Assembly: GCA_038153405.1 (NCBI GenBank)
Contig: JAYOYH010000085.1
Span: 1-14,707, forward strand
Origin: Gemmatimonadota bacterium
Lineage (GTDB): Bacteria; Latescibacterota; UBA2968; UBA8231
Direction of reading: 5' to 3'
DNA: 14,707 bases
The notes under the pieces are model-generated. The model had not been told where the DNA came from. It ran no database searches and was given only the letters and a program-made list of their open reading frames with translations. Positions within the stretch are counted from its first letter, which is position 1. Each line of letters opens with the position of its first letter. The translations under genes were made by a program, and so were the position numbers. Shown piece after piece: positions 7,726 to 14,707 of the stretch.

Positions 7726-8373
7726 ATGCGCGTATGTATGCTCGCTCTGCTCTTGGCCTGGCCGGCTTATGCCCAACATGCCTCCGTCGTGTTTTCAGAG
7801 ATCATGTGGATGGGCAGCAGTGCTTCTAGTGCAGATGAATGGGTTGAATTATACAATGTTAGCGATACTGCCCAGGATTTGCGCGGCTGGACGCTAACCC
7901 GGCTGAGCGATCAGGGGGAAGATGTCCTGTTGACCATTGAAGAGGGCCAGATTGGCGCTAGAGAAACATTTCTCATCGCCAATTACGCGGCAGACCACGC
8001 CAACTCTCATTTGGCCGCAGTCCCTCAATTGGTCAATTCCGCCCTTTCGCTGCCCAATAGCAAACTACAGCTCTCCCTGTATGCAGGTCATCCGGATGAA
8101 GGCGCAGAATTGGTCGATGTGGCCTACGACGGCCGCGGCGCCCCGCTAGCTGGAGATGCCCAATTAAAGCGGTCGATGGAGCGGGCAGACCTCTACGGCG
8201 ATGGCCGTTTGCAGTCTAGCTGGCAAACAGCGGAAGTCGCCTATGGTTGGGACCCCGAAAGTCAAGAAATGGGTACGCCGGGCACGCTGCCCATTTACCT
8301 CAGCGCTCCCCCAGTTTCGCCAACAACGGCGGTAACGTCGGCAAATTGGGCCGCAGTAAAACGGTACCGATAA
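7726..8373 (+). CDS. Secreted lamin-tail-domain (LTD) protein with a short C-terminal tail motif
   Basis: SD AAGGAG at 7714-7719. Signal peptide MRVCMLALLLAWPAYA|Q. LTD signature VVFSEIMW...DEWVELYN.S....DLRGWTL, later GTPG. Ends PPVSPTTAVTSANWAAVKRYR. Confidence 0.85.
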   Translation: MRVCMLALLLAWPAYAQHASVVFSEIMWMGSSASSADEWVELYNVSDTAQDLRGWTLTRLSDQGEDVLLTIEEGQIGARETFLIANYAADHANSHLAAVPQLVNSALSLPNSKLQLSLYAGHPDEGAELVDVAYDGRGAPLAGDAQLKRSMERADLYGDGRLQSSWQTAEVAYGWDPESQEMGTPGTLPIYLSAPPVSPTTAVTSANWAAVKRYR

Positions 8374-8412
8374 AAGCAAAAGAGGCCCCGGGTGAAAATC
8401 CCGGGGCCTCTT
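8372..8412. terminator. Rho-independent terminator between convergent genes (strongest for the minus strand, possibly bidirectional)
   Basis: Perfect 13-bp inverted repeat AAGAGGCCCCGGG (8380-8392), loop TGAAAAT, CCCGGGGCCTCTT (8400-8412). The minus-strand transcript continues into TTTTGCTTTT. Confidence 0.88.
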
Positions 8413-8436
8413 CGCATCGTTTATATACCTACTACA

Positions 8437-9795
8437 TCATTGCGTAAACTGGGTAACGTTGGCAATACCACCCGGCTGCGTGAGCGCATATACAATCAGG
8501 TTTACGCCAAACTGCAGACCGCGCTCGCGCGCATCGGCCAGCGGATCACCCCAGTACCAGCTGATATTGAGATCGGAAAATACAACGGCGACGCGGCCGC
8601 GCAGTTCCAACATCTCCATATCAAAGACGTTGCCTCCGGGAGCTCCACCCATGGGCGGACCATCGGGGAAATCCCAGAAACTGTAGAATAGATCGTGCGT
8701 CTTGGGAACTTTCTGCCACTTCGACCCATCGCTTCCCAACACCAGCGGATCTTTCATCAACGCCTTGAACTGGCGATCGAAAGGCGTGCCGGCAACTCCA
8801 GCTTCTTTTCCTTCCAACCCGTTTTCGGCGTCGCTTTGGCGAATTTCCTCGGCGTACATAAATCCACCGTTCTTGAGGTAGTCACCCAAGTTTTTCTTTT
8901 CCGTATCGCTAATTTGCAGCACCGCGTCATTGCCCGTAACGTAAATTAGCGGAGCCGTCATAATGCGCGGATCAGAAAATTCCAAGGTAGTGCCCTCAAT
9001 ACGAGCCTGTATCTTGGTGTGGTCGCGCATATAGCGCATCAACTCTTCAACGGCCGTCGGGAAGCGATCCCGGTTTTTATCGGCTATATCGTAGTCAATG
9101 ACGGTCATATTGAAAAAGCCGCGGATGTTCTTCTTGTTGTCCGGGTCCTGGATCAGAATCGCCTGGTAGCGCCCAACGTCCAAGTCGCCTACGTTGAGCA
9201 GTTCGTGCTTGAGGCTCAGCGCCTCCTGCACGGGAGCCGCGGTCTCAGTCAGCTCGACCATTTCAACGTCGTCGAACGACAGTTCTTCGGCCTTCGCACC
9301 ACTAAATTGACCGAGGACCTGCGTGCCGGGCATAACGCCCTGCAGAAGATCACTACCCACAGCACTCACGTCGGCCATAGCCGAAATATCCGTCGGCATA
9401 TCCGGGGGAGCCATGGACTGTAGCATCTCCATTTGCACTTCTGAAATCTCGGGACGCTTGGCCAGGTCGAAGTTCTTTTCCAGAATGGGCGGAGGCGGCT
9501 GGAAGCGAACGACTTTCTCTTCTTCTTCAGCTATGTCGACGCCAAAGTAATAGTCATACGCGACTACGCCGCCGTGCGCGGCAAGAGCTAGCAAAAACGC
9601 TATGTTCATGCCCAGACGACGGCCGGTCGTTGCCTTCCACAACGCCACCAAGAGCACAGCCAAGCCTGCAATGCCTACCGCATAGGCGACAACCTTAAAC
9701 AGCAGGAATAGGGCGTGGATTACAACGGCCACACCGACGGCGGCATAGGCGAACTTCTTGCGCTCGTCCTGTACTTTCTTCTTATACTCGTCCAC
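8437..9795 (-). CDS. DUF4159-like domain protein with three N-terminal TM helices and a TonB-like Pro/acidic linker
   Basis: GTG start with GAGGG about 10 nt upstream. The C-terminal region matches my recollection of DUF4159 (APLIYVTGN, LGDYLKNGGFMYAE, GRVAVVFSD..W, GLQFGVNLIVYAL). TM helices at about aa 15-33, 35-53 and 63-84; FQPPPP linker. Confidence 0.75.
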   Translation of the reverse strand: MDEYKKKVQDERKKFAYAAVGVAVVIHALFLLFKVVAYAVGIAGLAVLLVALWKATTGRRLGMNIAFLLALAAHGGVVAYDYYFGVDIAEEEEKVVRFQPPPPILEKNFDLAKRPEISEVQMEMLQSMAPPDMPTDISAMADVSAVGSDLLQGVMPGTQVLGQFSGAKAEELSFDDVEMVELTETAAPVQEALSLKHELLNVGDLDVGRYQAILIQDPDNKKNIRGFFNMTVIDYDIADKNRDRFPTAVEELMRYMRDHTKIQARIEGTTLEFSDPRIMTAPLIYVTGNDAVLQISDTEKKNLGDYLKNGGFMYAEEIRQSDAENGLEGKEAGVAGTPFDRQFKALMKDPLVLGSDGSKWQKVPKTHDLFYSFWDFPDGPPMGGAPGGNVFDMEMLELRGRVAVVFSDLNISWYWGDPLADARERGLQFGVNLIVYALTQPGGIANVTQFTQ

Positions 9796-9834
9796 TAAGG
9801 TATTTCCCTCTCTCTAGAAGGAACCGTAACAGCA

Positions 9835-10242
9835 TCAGTTCCTCTGGGGCTCCGTGGCAATGATCTGATCTACCACTCCAACCTGCCGCGCAATATCCAT
9901 AATCTGAACGATCTGTCCGTGCGTCGACCGCTCGTCTCCCTGGATAATCATCATCGTAGTATTGTCTAGCAGCCGCCTCTTTTCTTGGAGCTCATCTTTC
10001 AACGTTGCAAACGTAACGTCTTTGTGATTGAGCTTCATATTACCGTCCTGATCAACGACGATAAAGAGGTTCTCTTTTTCCGGTGCCTGCGCCTCTTCGG
10101 CTTCAGGTAATTTGATGTCGAGACCCGGCGTTACGGCAAACACCGCCGTAACCATAAAAAAGATTAGCAGCTGAAATACCACGTCGATCATCGGCGTCAG
10201 ATCGGGCATGGCCATTTCTTTTTTCTCAGCTTGCTTAGCCAT
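9835..10242 (-). CDS. exbD: Biopolymer transport protein ExbD/TolR
   Basis: DLTPMIDVVFQLLIFFMVT TM helix with the conserved Asp, IKLPEA, IQGDERSTHGQIVQIMDIARQVG. Directly downstream of exbB. Confidence 0.95.
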   Translation of the reverse strand: MAKQAEKKEMAMPDLTPMIDVVFQLLIFFMVTAVFAVTPGLDIKLPEAEEAQAPEKENLFIVVDQDGNMKLNHKDVTFATLKDELQEKRRLLDNTTMMIIQGDERSTHGQIVQIMDIARQVGVVDQIIATEPQRN

Positions 10243-10274
10243 CTCTATTTACGTCCTTCCGATAAGAGCAGTAA

Positions 10275-10928
10275 TTAAGCGGCCCGCGAGCTCTGCAAGC
10301 GGCGCAGGAGGGCATCGACAAATCCGTGACCATACGCTTCGAACTGAATGGCCTTGCCCGTAGCGCGATTGCTGAAATAGGTGAAGATAGCAATGGACGG
10401 AATCGAAATGACCAGCCCGGTGACCGTCGTGATAAGCGCTTCGGAAATACCAGCGGCCACGATCGTCGGCTCACCCAAGCCTTTTTCAGCAATACCTTCA
10501 AAGGCGTTGATCATACCGTTAACCGTGCCCAGCAGACCGAGCAACACCACGGACTTAGAAACAAAGTCGATCACCGCCAAATAGCGCTCGAGGTAATTCA
10601 GCGCAGCACGCTCAACGGTGCCGTTCATTTCCTCGCGCATTTCTTCCACAGAGCGCTGCTCGCGCGAAAGGTGCTCGAAACGCTCAATCCCTTCGCCGAA
10701 AACCTCACCTTCCATCTTGCCGACCTCTACACAAAACTCCTTGAGCTGTTCAATGGACGTGCCCGAGTCAATGCGCGCATTGACATCGTTGGTTACCTCG
10801 GCCAATTCATCCTCGGTGCGGAGCTTAGCGAAGGTGTATACGCGCTCCAGGAAGAAGGCCAGAGAAAGCACTGACCACAAGGCCAATGGCCACATGAAGG
10901 GTCCACCTTCTTGAAAAAATTCAATCAT
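10275..10928 (-). CDS. exbB: MotA/TolQ/ExbB proton channel family protein
   Basis: GGPFMWPL...ER first helix, LLGLLGTVNGMINAF, AAGISEALITTVTGLVISIP. SD AAGGAGG upstream. Confidence 0.95.
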   Translation of the reverse strand: MIEFFQEGGPFMWPLALWSVLSLAFFLERVYTFAKLRTEDELAEVTNDVNARIDSGTSIEQLKEFCVEVGKMEGEVFGEGIERFEHLSREQRSVEEMREEMNGTVERAALNYLERYLAVIDFVSKSVVLLGLLGTVNGMINAFEGIAEKGLGEPTIVAAGISEALITTVTGLVISIPSIAIFTYFSNRATGKAIQFEAYGHGFVDALLRRLQSSRAA

Positions 10929-10984
10929 TGTTCTCTATCCCTCCTTTTTGGGCTCGAACGTTTTCTTGCGCATTTCACAAAATC

Positions 10985-13900
10985 TTATAAGACGCGGGCT
11001 TCCTGCATCACTTCTAGCTGCTGCTTAGAAAAGTCGACCTGTTGCAAATACTTCGAACTGTCGCTGTATTTGTCGACAACCTCCTGAAATATTGCACCCG
11101 CCTGACGAAATTCTTCCTGCGCCATATAAGCCGCGCCGATATTGACCAAGGCGTTGACCGCCTGATCGCTCTCGGGGTACTTGACCTGCACCTCTTTGAA
11201 GATCTCGATGGCCTCTTCGTACTTTTTCTGGTCAAAGAGGACTTCCCCTTGAGCATAGAGGTTATACGCATCAATTTCCGCCAAGTGGCCCAACAGCGTT
11301 TCGGCCTTGCTAACGAGTTGGCGATCGCGGCCTTGCAACTTGTCGAGTGGGAACAACTCCAAGAAGCGCTCGTAGCTTGCAGTGGCTTTATCGTACTCTT
11401 TGAGGCCGTAGTAATAGTCTCCCAAGGTGAACTGGCTCTGCGGCCCGTAGCGACCATCCGGATGATCCGTGACAATCCGTTCAAAAATCGGCACGGCTTC
11501 CTCTTTGCGTTCCATGGTGATCAACGCCCAAGCCTTATTGTATAGGGCATCATCCACATAGTCCGACCCGGGGTACTGCGCAACGACGCGGTCGTATATG
11601 GCCATGCATTCGCCTAACACGCCGTCCTTCTCGTCGCGCGTTCCGCGGTTGGTGAGGTTAAACAGCGCCTCGCCTGCGCGGAAAACCGCCTCGGGGGCGT
11701 AGCGCTCGTTGGGATACTTTGTAGCAAGCGAACTAAACGTCTCACTGGCTTCGCGCCACTTGCCCAATCGATAGCGCGCCCATGCGTCGTAATAGTAAGC
11801 GTGGACGGCTTTGTCGTCGTCGGGATACATCGTGTAGTAGGTCTGGAACGCCTCCGACATCTTCGGCAAGACGCCGATATCCCCATTCGACAGCTTTTGG
11901 TAGGCGACGCCTATTTGAAACTGCGCGTTGCGCGCCCATCCAATCTGGGGATAGTTCTCAATAATCTTGCTGTAGGTTGCTATCGATGCCGTGTACTCAC
12001 CCGCTTTGTAGTACGAGTTGCCCTGCACGAAGAGCGCATTGGCTATGCTTTCCTCGTTCGAGGCCAGATCAATCAGCTCCTGTGCCGCTTCAATACTCTG
12101 CTGGAACTGATTGAGACGGAAGTAGGCATTGGCCAAGCGAATGAGCAGGCGCTCCTTGTCCTCCGTTGAATCGATGCCGGCTAACATCTCTTCGTAGATG
12201 CGAATGGCATCTTTAGGATCGCGCTTTTCGGCCATGGAGATCAACTGCAGGCGAGCCGAGCGCGCCAGGCTCTCATCGCCCGACTTGACGACCGCGTTCA
12301 GCAACCTCTCTGCTTCGGCATCGCTGCCCTGTGCCGAATACGACAGCGCCATGGAAAACTCAACTTTGAGCTGCATGGTCTGCGGCAGGCGCTGATCGAG
12401 AAGCCAGCGGTAGTCGTTCAGGGCACGATCATAGCGCCCCGTCCAGTGATAGGCCAGCGCGCGCCCGTAGCGCGTATCGCGGATAAGTTCGCTCTCCGGA
12501 TACTCTTCCAACACCTTGGTATAGCGCTCGATGGCATCGAGGTAGTTCTTGTTGTTCAGGTCGAGCTGCGCCATCTGATAATGTGCCCGCGCTTCCAGCG
12601 CGCGGTCGCCCGTAACACCGGCGAGCAGTTGGTTGAGCATCTTGCGCCCTTCGTCGGGGCGCCCTTCGCTAATGTGTATATTGGCCGCCTCAATGAGTGC
12701 CGCAATATAGGTCTCGCGCGAGTCTCGATCGACCTGAGAGAAAGCCGCAACCGCTTCGTCAGCTCGTCCCTCATCGCGATAGAGGATACCCAAACCATAG
12801 AATGCATCCGCTGAGTAACGCGTCTCCTGATAGCTCTCGGTAATTGCCCGATAGGCGTCAACGGCTTCCTTAACCTTCTGCTGTTCGTAGTTGATACGGG
12901 CAATGCGCAGAAGGCATAGCGGAGCCTGCTCTGAGCGAGGAAAGCTCTCGACTGCTTGGCTATAGCTTTCGATAGCCGAACCGGCCTCCCCCATTTTCTC
13001 GGCCGACCAGCCCGCGCTGTAGAGCGATGCCGAACGCAGACCCGTATCGCTATCGGGGTATTCGGACAGCACTTTCAGATAATCGTCTCGAGCCTGACCG
13101 TACTCGTTGGCAAAATAGCGCGCCTCGCCCTTCTGGTACTGAGCGTTGGGCGGATAGGGTGTATCGGCGTAGAGCTCAATCACCTGATTGTAGGCGGTCC
13201 AGGCATCGTCAAACTTCTTCCACTCCATGTAGTTGTCGCCGATGCGCATCTGGACTTTCGCCTTGTAGAAGCGCTCTTCCGCCGTTTCCTGAGCGGCGAT
13301 TAGCTCCTGATAGGCCTGCTCAAACTGGTCCGTCTTGCGGAAGATCTCGGCTACGCGCAGCGATGAGGTTTCAAAGAGCTGACGATAGTTTTCAAAGTCG
13401 ACGTTCTTACCTTCGCGAAACGAACCGCGCAGCAGCTCAAACATGCGATCGTATAGGCTGCGCACTTCGCGATAGGCTGCAATGGCGTCTTCGTCCTGAC
13501 TCAGCTTGTCGAATGAATTGGCCTTGAGATAGACCGACTGGGCGATAACGGGGCTGTTGGGATACTTATCCAGCACGACCTGCGCCGCGCTGACGGCCTC
13601 TTCAAAACGCCCCTTCTCATACAGCGCATTGGCAATGCGGAACTGGGCATCCGGCGCATAGCGATCCTCGGGATAGGCTTCGAGCATGGCCTGCAACGTC
13701 ACGATGCTCTCGTCGTAATCCTTTTGGTTGAACTGGCTCCACCCACTATAGTAGAAGGCCTTGCCCGCCTCACTCGTGTTCGGAAACAGTTCGACATAGC
13801 GTTTGTATTCCTGAGCTGCCTCGGCCCACTCTTTGGCCAAGAATCGCGTTTCGGCCACCTGGAACTGCACCAGCTGACGAAACTCGTAGGGCACGCCTCT

Positions 13901-14224
13901 GACGTCCATGACATGGCGATATGCATCTACGGCCTGCTCGTGCTGCCCACTCTTCTTGTAGGCATTACCCAGCTGATACCAAGCGGCGGCAACGACCGGC
14001 AGTTCAAGTTCGTCGCCAAAGTTTACGCGCACACTATCCGTGCGCACAGCCCGGCTTTTGAACTTGACGATCTTCGAGTACTCGATGATCGCTCCTTCGT
14101 ATTCGCCAAGCGCGTAAAGCGACTGCCCAGCATCAAAACTGGTCTTCAGGTTTTGTGGCACGGGAAGAAATAGGCTAGCGCCTAACCCTAATCCCAGTGC
14201 AATGAGTCCTGCCCAGACCGTCAT
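10985..14224 (-). CDS. Very large tetratricopeptide-repeat protein (BamD/CpoB-type TPR units), N-terminal signal/anchor
   Basis: 1079 aa with recurrent (Y/F)Px(S/T/D)xxAxxAx(F/Y)xxG units (FPNT, YPED, YPNS, YPDS, FPRS, YPES, YPQI, YPDD, YPNE, YPGS, HPDG, YPES and others). Hydrophobic N-terminus VWAGLIALGLGLGASLFL without a lipobox Cys. SD AAGGAG at 14238-14233. Confidence 0.9.
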   Translation of the reverse strand: MTVWAGLIALGLGLGASLFLPVPQNLKTSFDAGQSLYALGEYEGAIIEYSKIVKFKSRAVRTDSVRVNFGDELELPVVAAAWYQLGNAYKKSGQHEQAVDAYRHVMDVRGVPYEFRQLVQFQVAETRFLAKEWAEAAQEYKRYVELFPNTSEAGKAFYYSGWSQFNQKDYDESIVTLQAMLEAYPEDRYAPDAQFRIANALYEKGRFEEAVSAAQVVLDKYPNSPVIAQSVYLKANSFDKLSQDEDAIAAYREVRSLYDRMFELLRGSFREGKNVDFENYRQLFETSSLRVAEIFRKTDQFEQAYQELIAAQETAEERFYKAKVQMRIGDNYMEWKKFDDAWTAYNQVIELYADTPYPPNAQYQKGEARYFANEYGQARDDYLKVLSEYPDSDTGLRSASLYSAGWSAEKMGEAGSAIESYSQAVESFPRSEQAPLCLLRIARINYEQQKVKEAVDAYRAITESYQETRYSADAFYGLGILYRDEGRADEAVAAFSQVDRDSRETYIAALIEAANIHISEGRPDEGRKMLNQLLAGVTGDRALEARAHYQMAQLDLNNKNYLDAIERYTKVLEEYPESELIRDTRYGRALAYHWTGRYDRALNDYRWLLDQRLPQTMQLKVEFSMALSYSAQGSDAEAERLLNAVVKSGDESLARSARLQLISMAEKRDPKDAIRIYEEMLAGIDSTEDKERLLIRLANAYFRLNQFQQSIEAAQELIDLASNEESIANALFVQGNSYYKAGEYTASIATYSKIIENYPQIGWARNAQFQIGVAYQKLSNGDIGVLPKMSEAFQTYYTMYPDDDKAVHAYYYDAWARYRLGKWREASETFSSLATKYPNERYAPEAVFRAGEALFNLTNRGTRDEKDGVLGECMAIYDRVVAQYPGSDYVDDALYNKAWALITMERKEEAVPIFERIVTDHPDGRYGPQSQFTLGDYYYGLKEYDKATASYERFLELFPLDKLQGRDRQLVSKAETLLGHLAEIDAYNLYAQGEVLFDQKKYEEAIEIFKEVQVKYPESDQAVNALVNIGAAYMAQEEFRQAGAIFQEVVDKYSDSSKYLQQVDFSKQQLEVMQEARVL

Positions 14225-14274
14225 GTGTGCGTCTCCTTACTCTGTCCTCGAGTGAGAGCTGTATTCAGTTAGAC

Positions 14275-14707
14275 TTAGAATCCGTAGGCAAACGAGAAGC
14301 GATGCGCGCCGTTGGTCTCGGTCAGATCCAGCGGAATGTGATAGCCGTAGTCAAAGTGCAGCTTGTTCCAGCGGTAACCCAGTCCCGCATTCAGATCGCC
14401 GGTGGCATCTTCCTCAAAAATCTTGCTGCCGCCGGCCCGCAGCATCAGGCCTTCGACCAGCGTCGTCTCACCGCCCAATACCAAGCGGCTATCCGGCGCA
14501 TCGCCCGACACGTCGCGGCGCACATACTGCACCGAAACTAGCGAGGAAGCATTGAGTTGGTACGCCAGACCCACGTGCAAATCCATCGGCAGCGAGCCGT
14601 CCTCGGAACCCAGTTGGGCATCTGGTGCACAGTCAGTCCCACAGGAAGCATTGGGCTGGTTCAGATTCTTGACCATCAGACCAAACTGCGCGCCCTTCAG
14701 CGGGCTC
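14275..14707 (-). CDS. Outer-membrane beta-barrel, PorV/PorQ (FadL-like) family, C-terminal part; 5' end outside the window
   Basis: The frame stays open to the right edge (SPLKGAQFGLMVKNLNQP...). Amphipathic strands and motifs typical of PorV/PorQ-like proteins: G.MVKNL, LP..LHVGLAY, LMLRAG, AGLGYRW..LHFDYGY, G.HRFSFAYGF, with a C-terminal Phe BAM signal. Confidence 0.72.
   Translation of the reverse strand, partial: SPLKGAQFGLMVKNLNQPNASCGTDCAPDAQLGSEDGSLPMDLHVGLAYQLNASSLVSVQYVRRDVSGDAPDSRLVLGGETTLVEGLMLRAGGSKIFEEDATGDLNAGLGYRWNKLHFDYGYHIPLDLTETNGAHRFSFAYGF

Noticed and set aside
7582..7897. Small ORFs 7582-7779 (-) and 7661-7897 (+) across the AT-rich gap
   Set aside because: They overlap the promoter region and the LTD start, and have no convincing SD or protein features.
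9835..10928. Calling the pair tolQ/tolR or motA/motB
   Set aside because: No tolA/tolB/pal downstream, and the small subunit lacks the OmpA-like MotB domain.
10985..14224. DNA-level tandem repeats or CRISPR-like periodicity in the TPR gene
   Set aside because: The repetition is only at the degenerate protein level. I saw no exact direct-repeat/spacer array here or elsewhere in the window.
8392..14541. Many plus-strand and off-frame ORFs over the exbBD/TPR operon
   Set aside because: Shadow frames of the real minus-strand genes, with no SD or motif support.

Overview
Gene-dense bacterial window with three blocks and no RNA genes, CRISPR arrays or mobile elements that I can see. (1) A minus-strand surface-glycan operon (<1-5125): a membrane-anchored helical hypothetical protein, a GT2, a GT-B/GT4 glycosyltransferase, an atypical SDR, and a WecA/WbpL/MraY-family polyprenyl-phosphate sugar-1-P transferase. 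The last gene runs off the left edge and is absent from the ORF track. (2) A divergent plus-strand block: mpl (murein peptide ligase) overlapping a secreted HEAT-repeat gene, then a secreted lamin-tail-domain protein behind an AT-rich region with a near-consensus sigma54 site. That protein ends in a short 'TAV-x4-WAAVK' tail. (3) A convergent minus-strand envelope operon (8437->14707): a PorV/PorQ-like beta-barrel (partial), a 1079-aa TPR protein, exbB, exbD, and a protein that joins TonB-like His-containing membrane anchors and a Pro-rich linker to a DUF4159-like domain. Block 3 is the best candidate for an undescribed system: a T9SS-related (PorV-type) barrel coupled to an ExbBD proton motor and a non-canonical TonB. 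The neighbouring lamin-tail protein is a possible cargo. The gene content suggests an FCB-related diderm, possibly Latescibacterota-like, which is an inference only. All family calls come from motif recognition by eye, not from searches.
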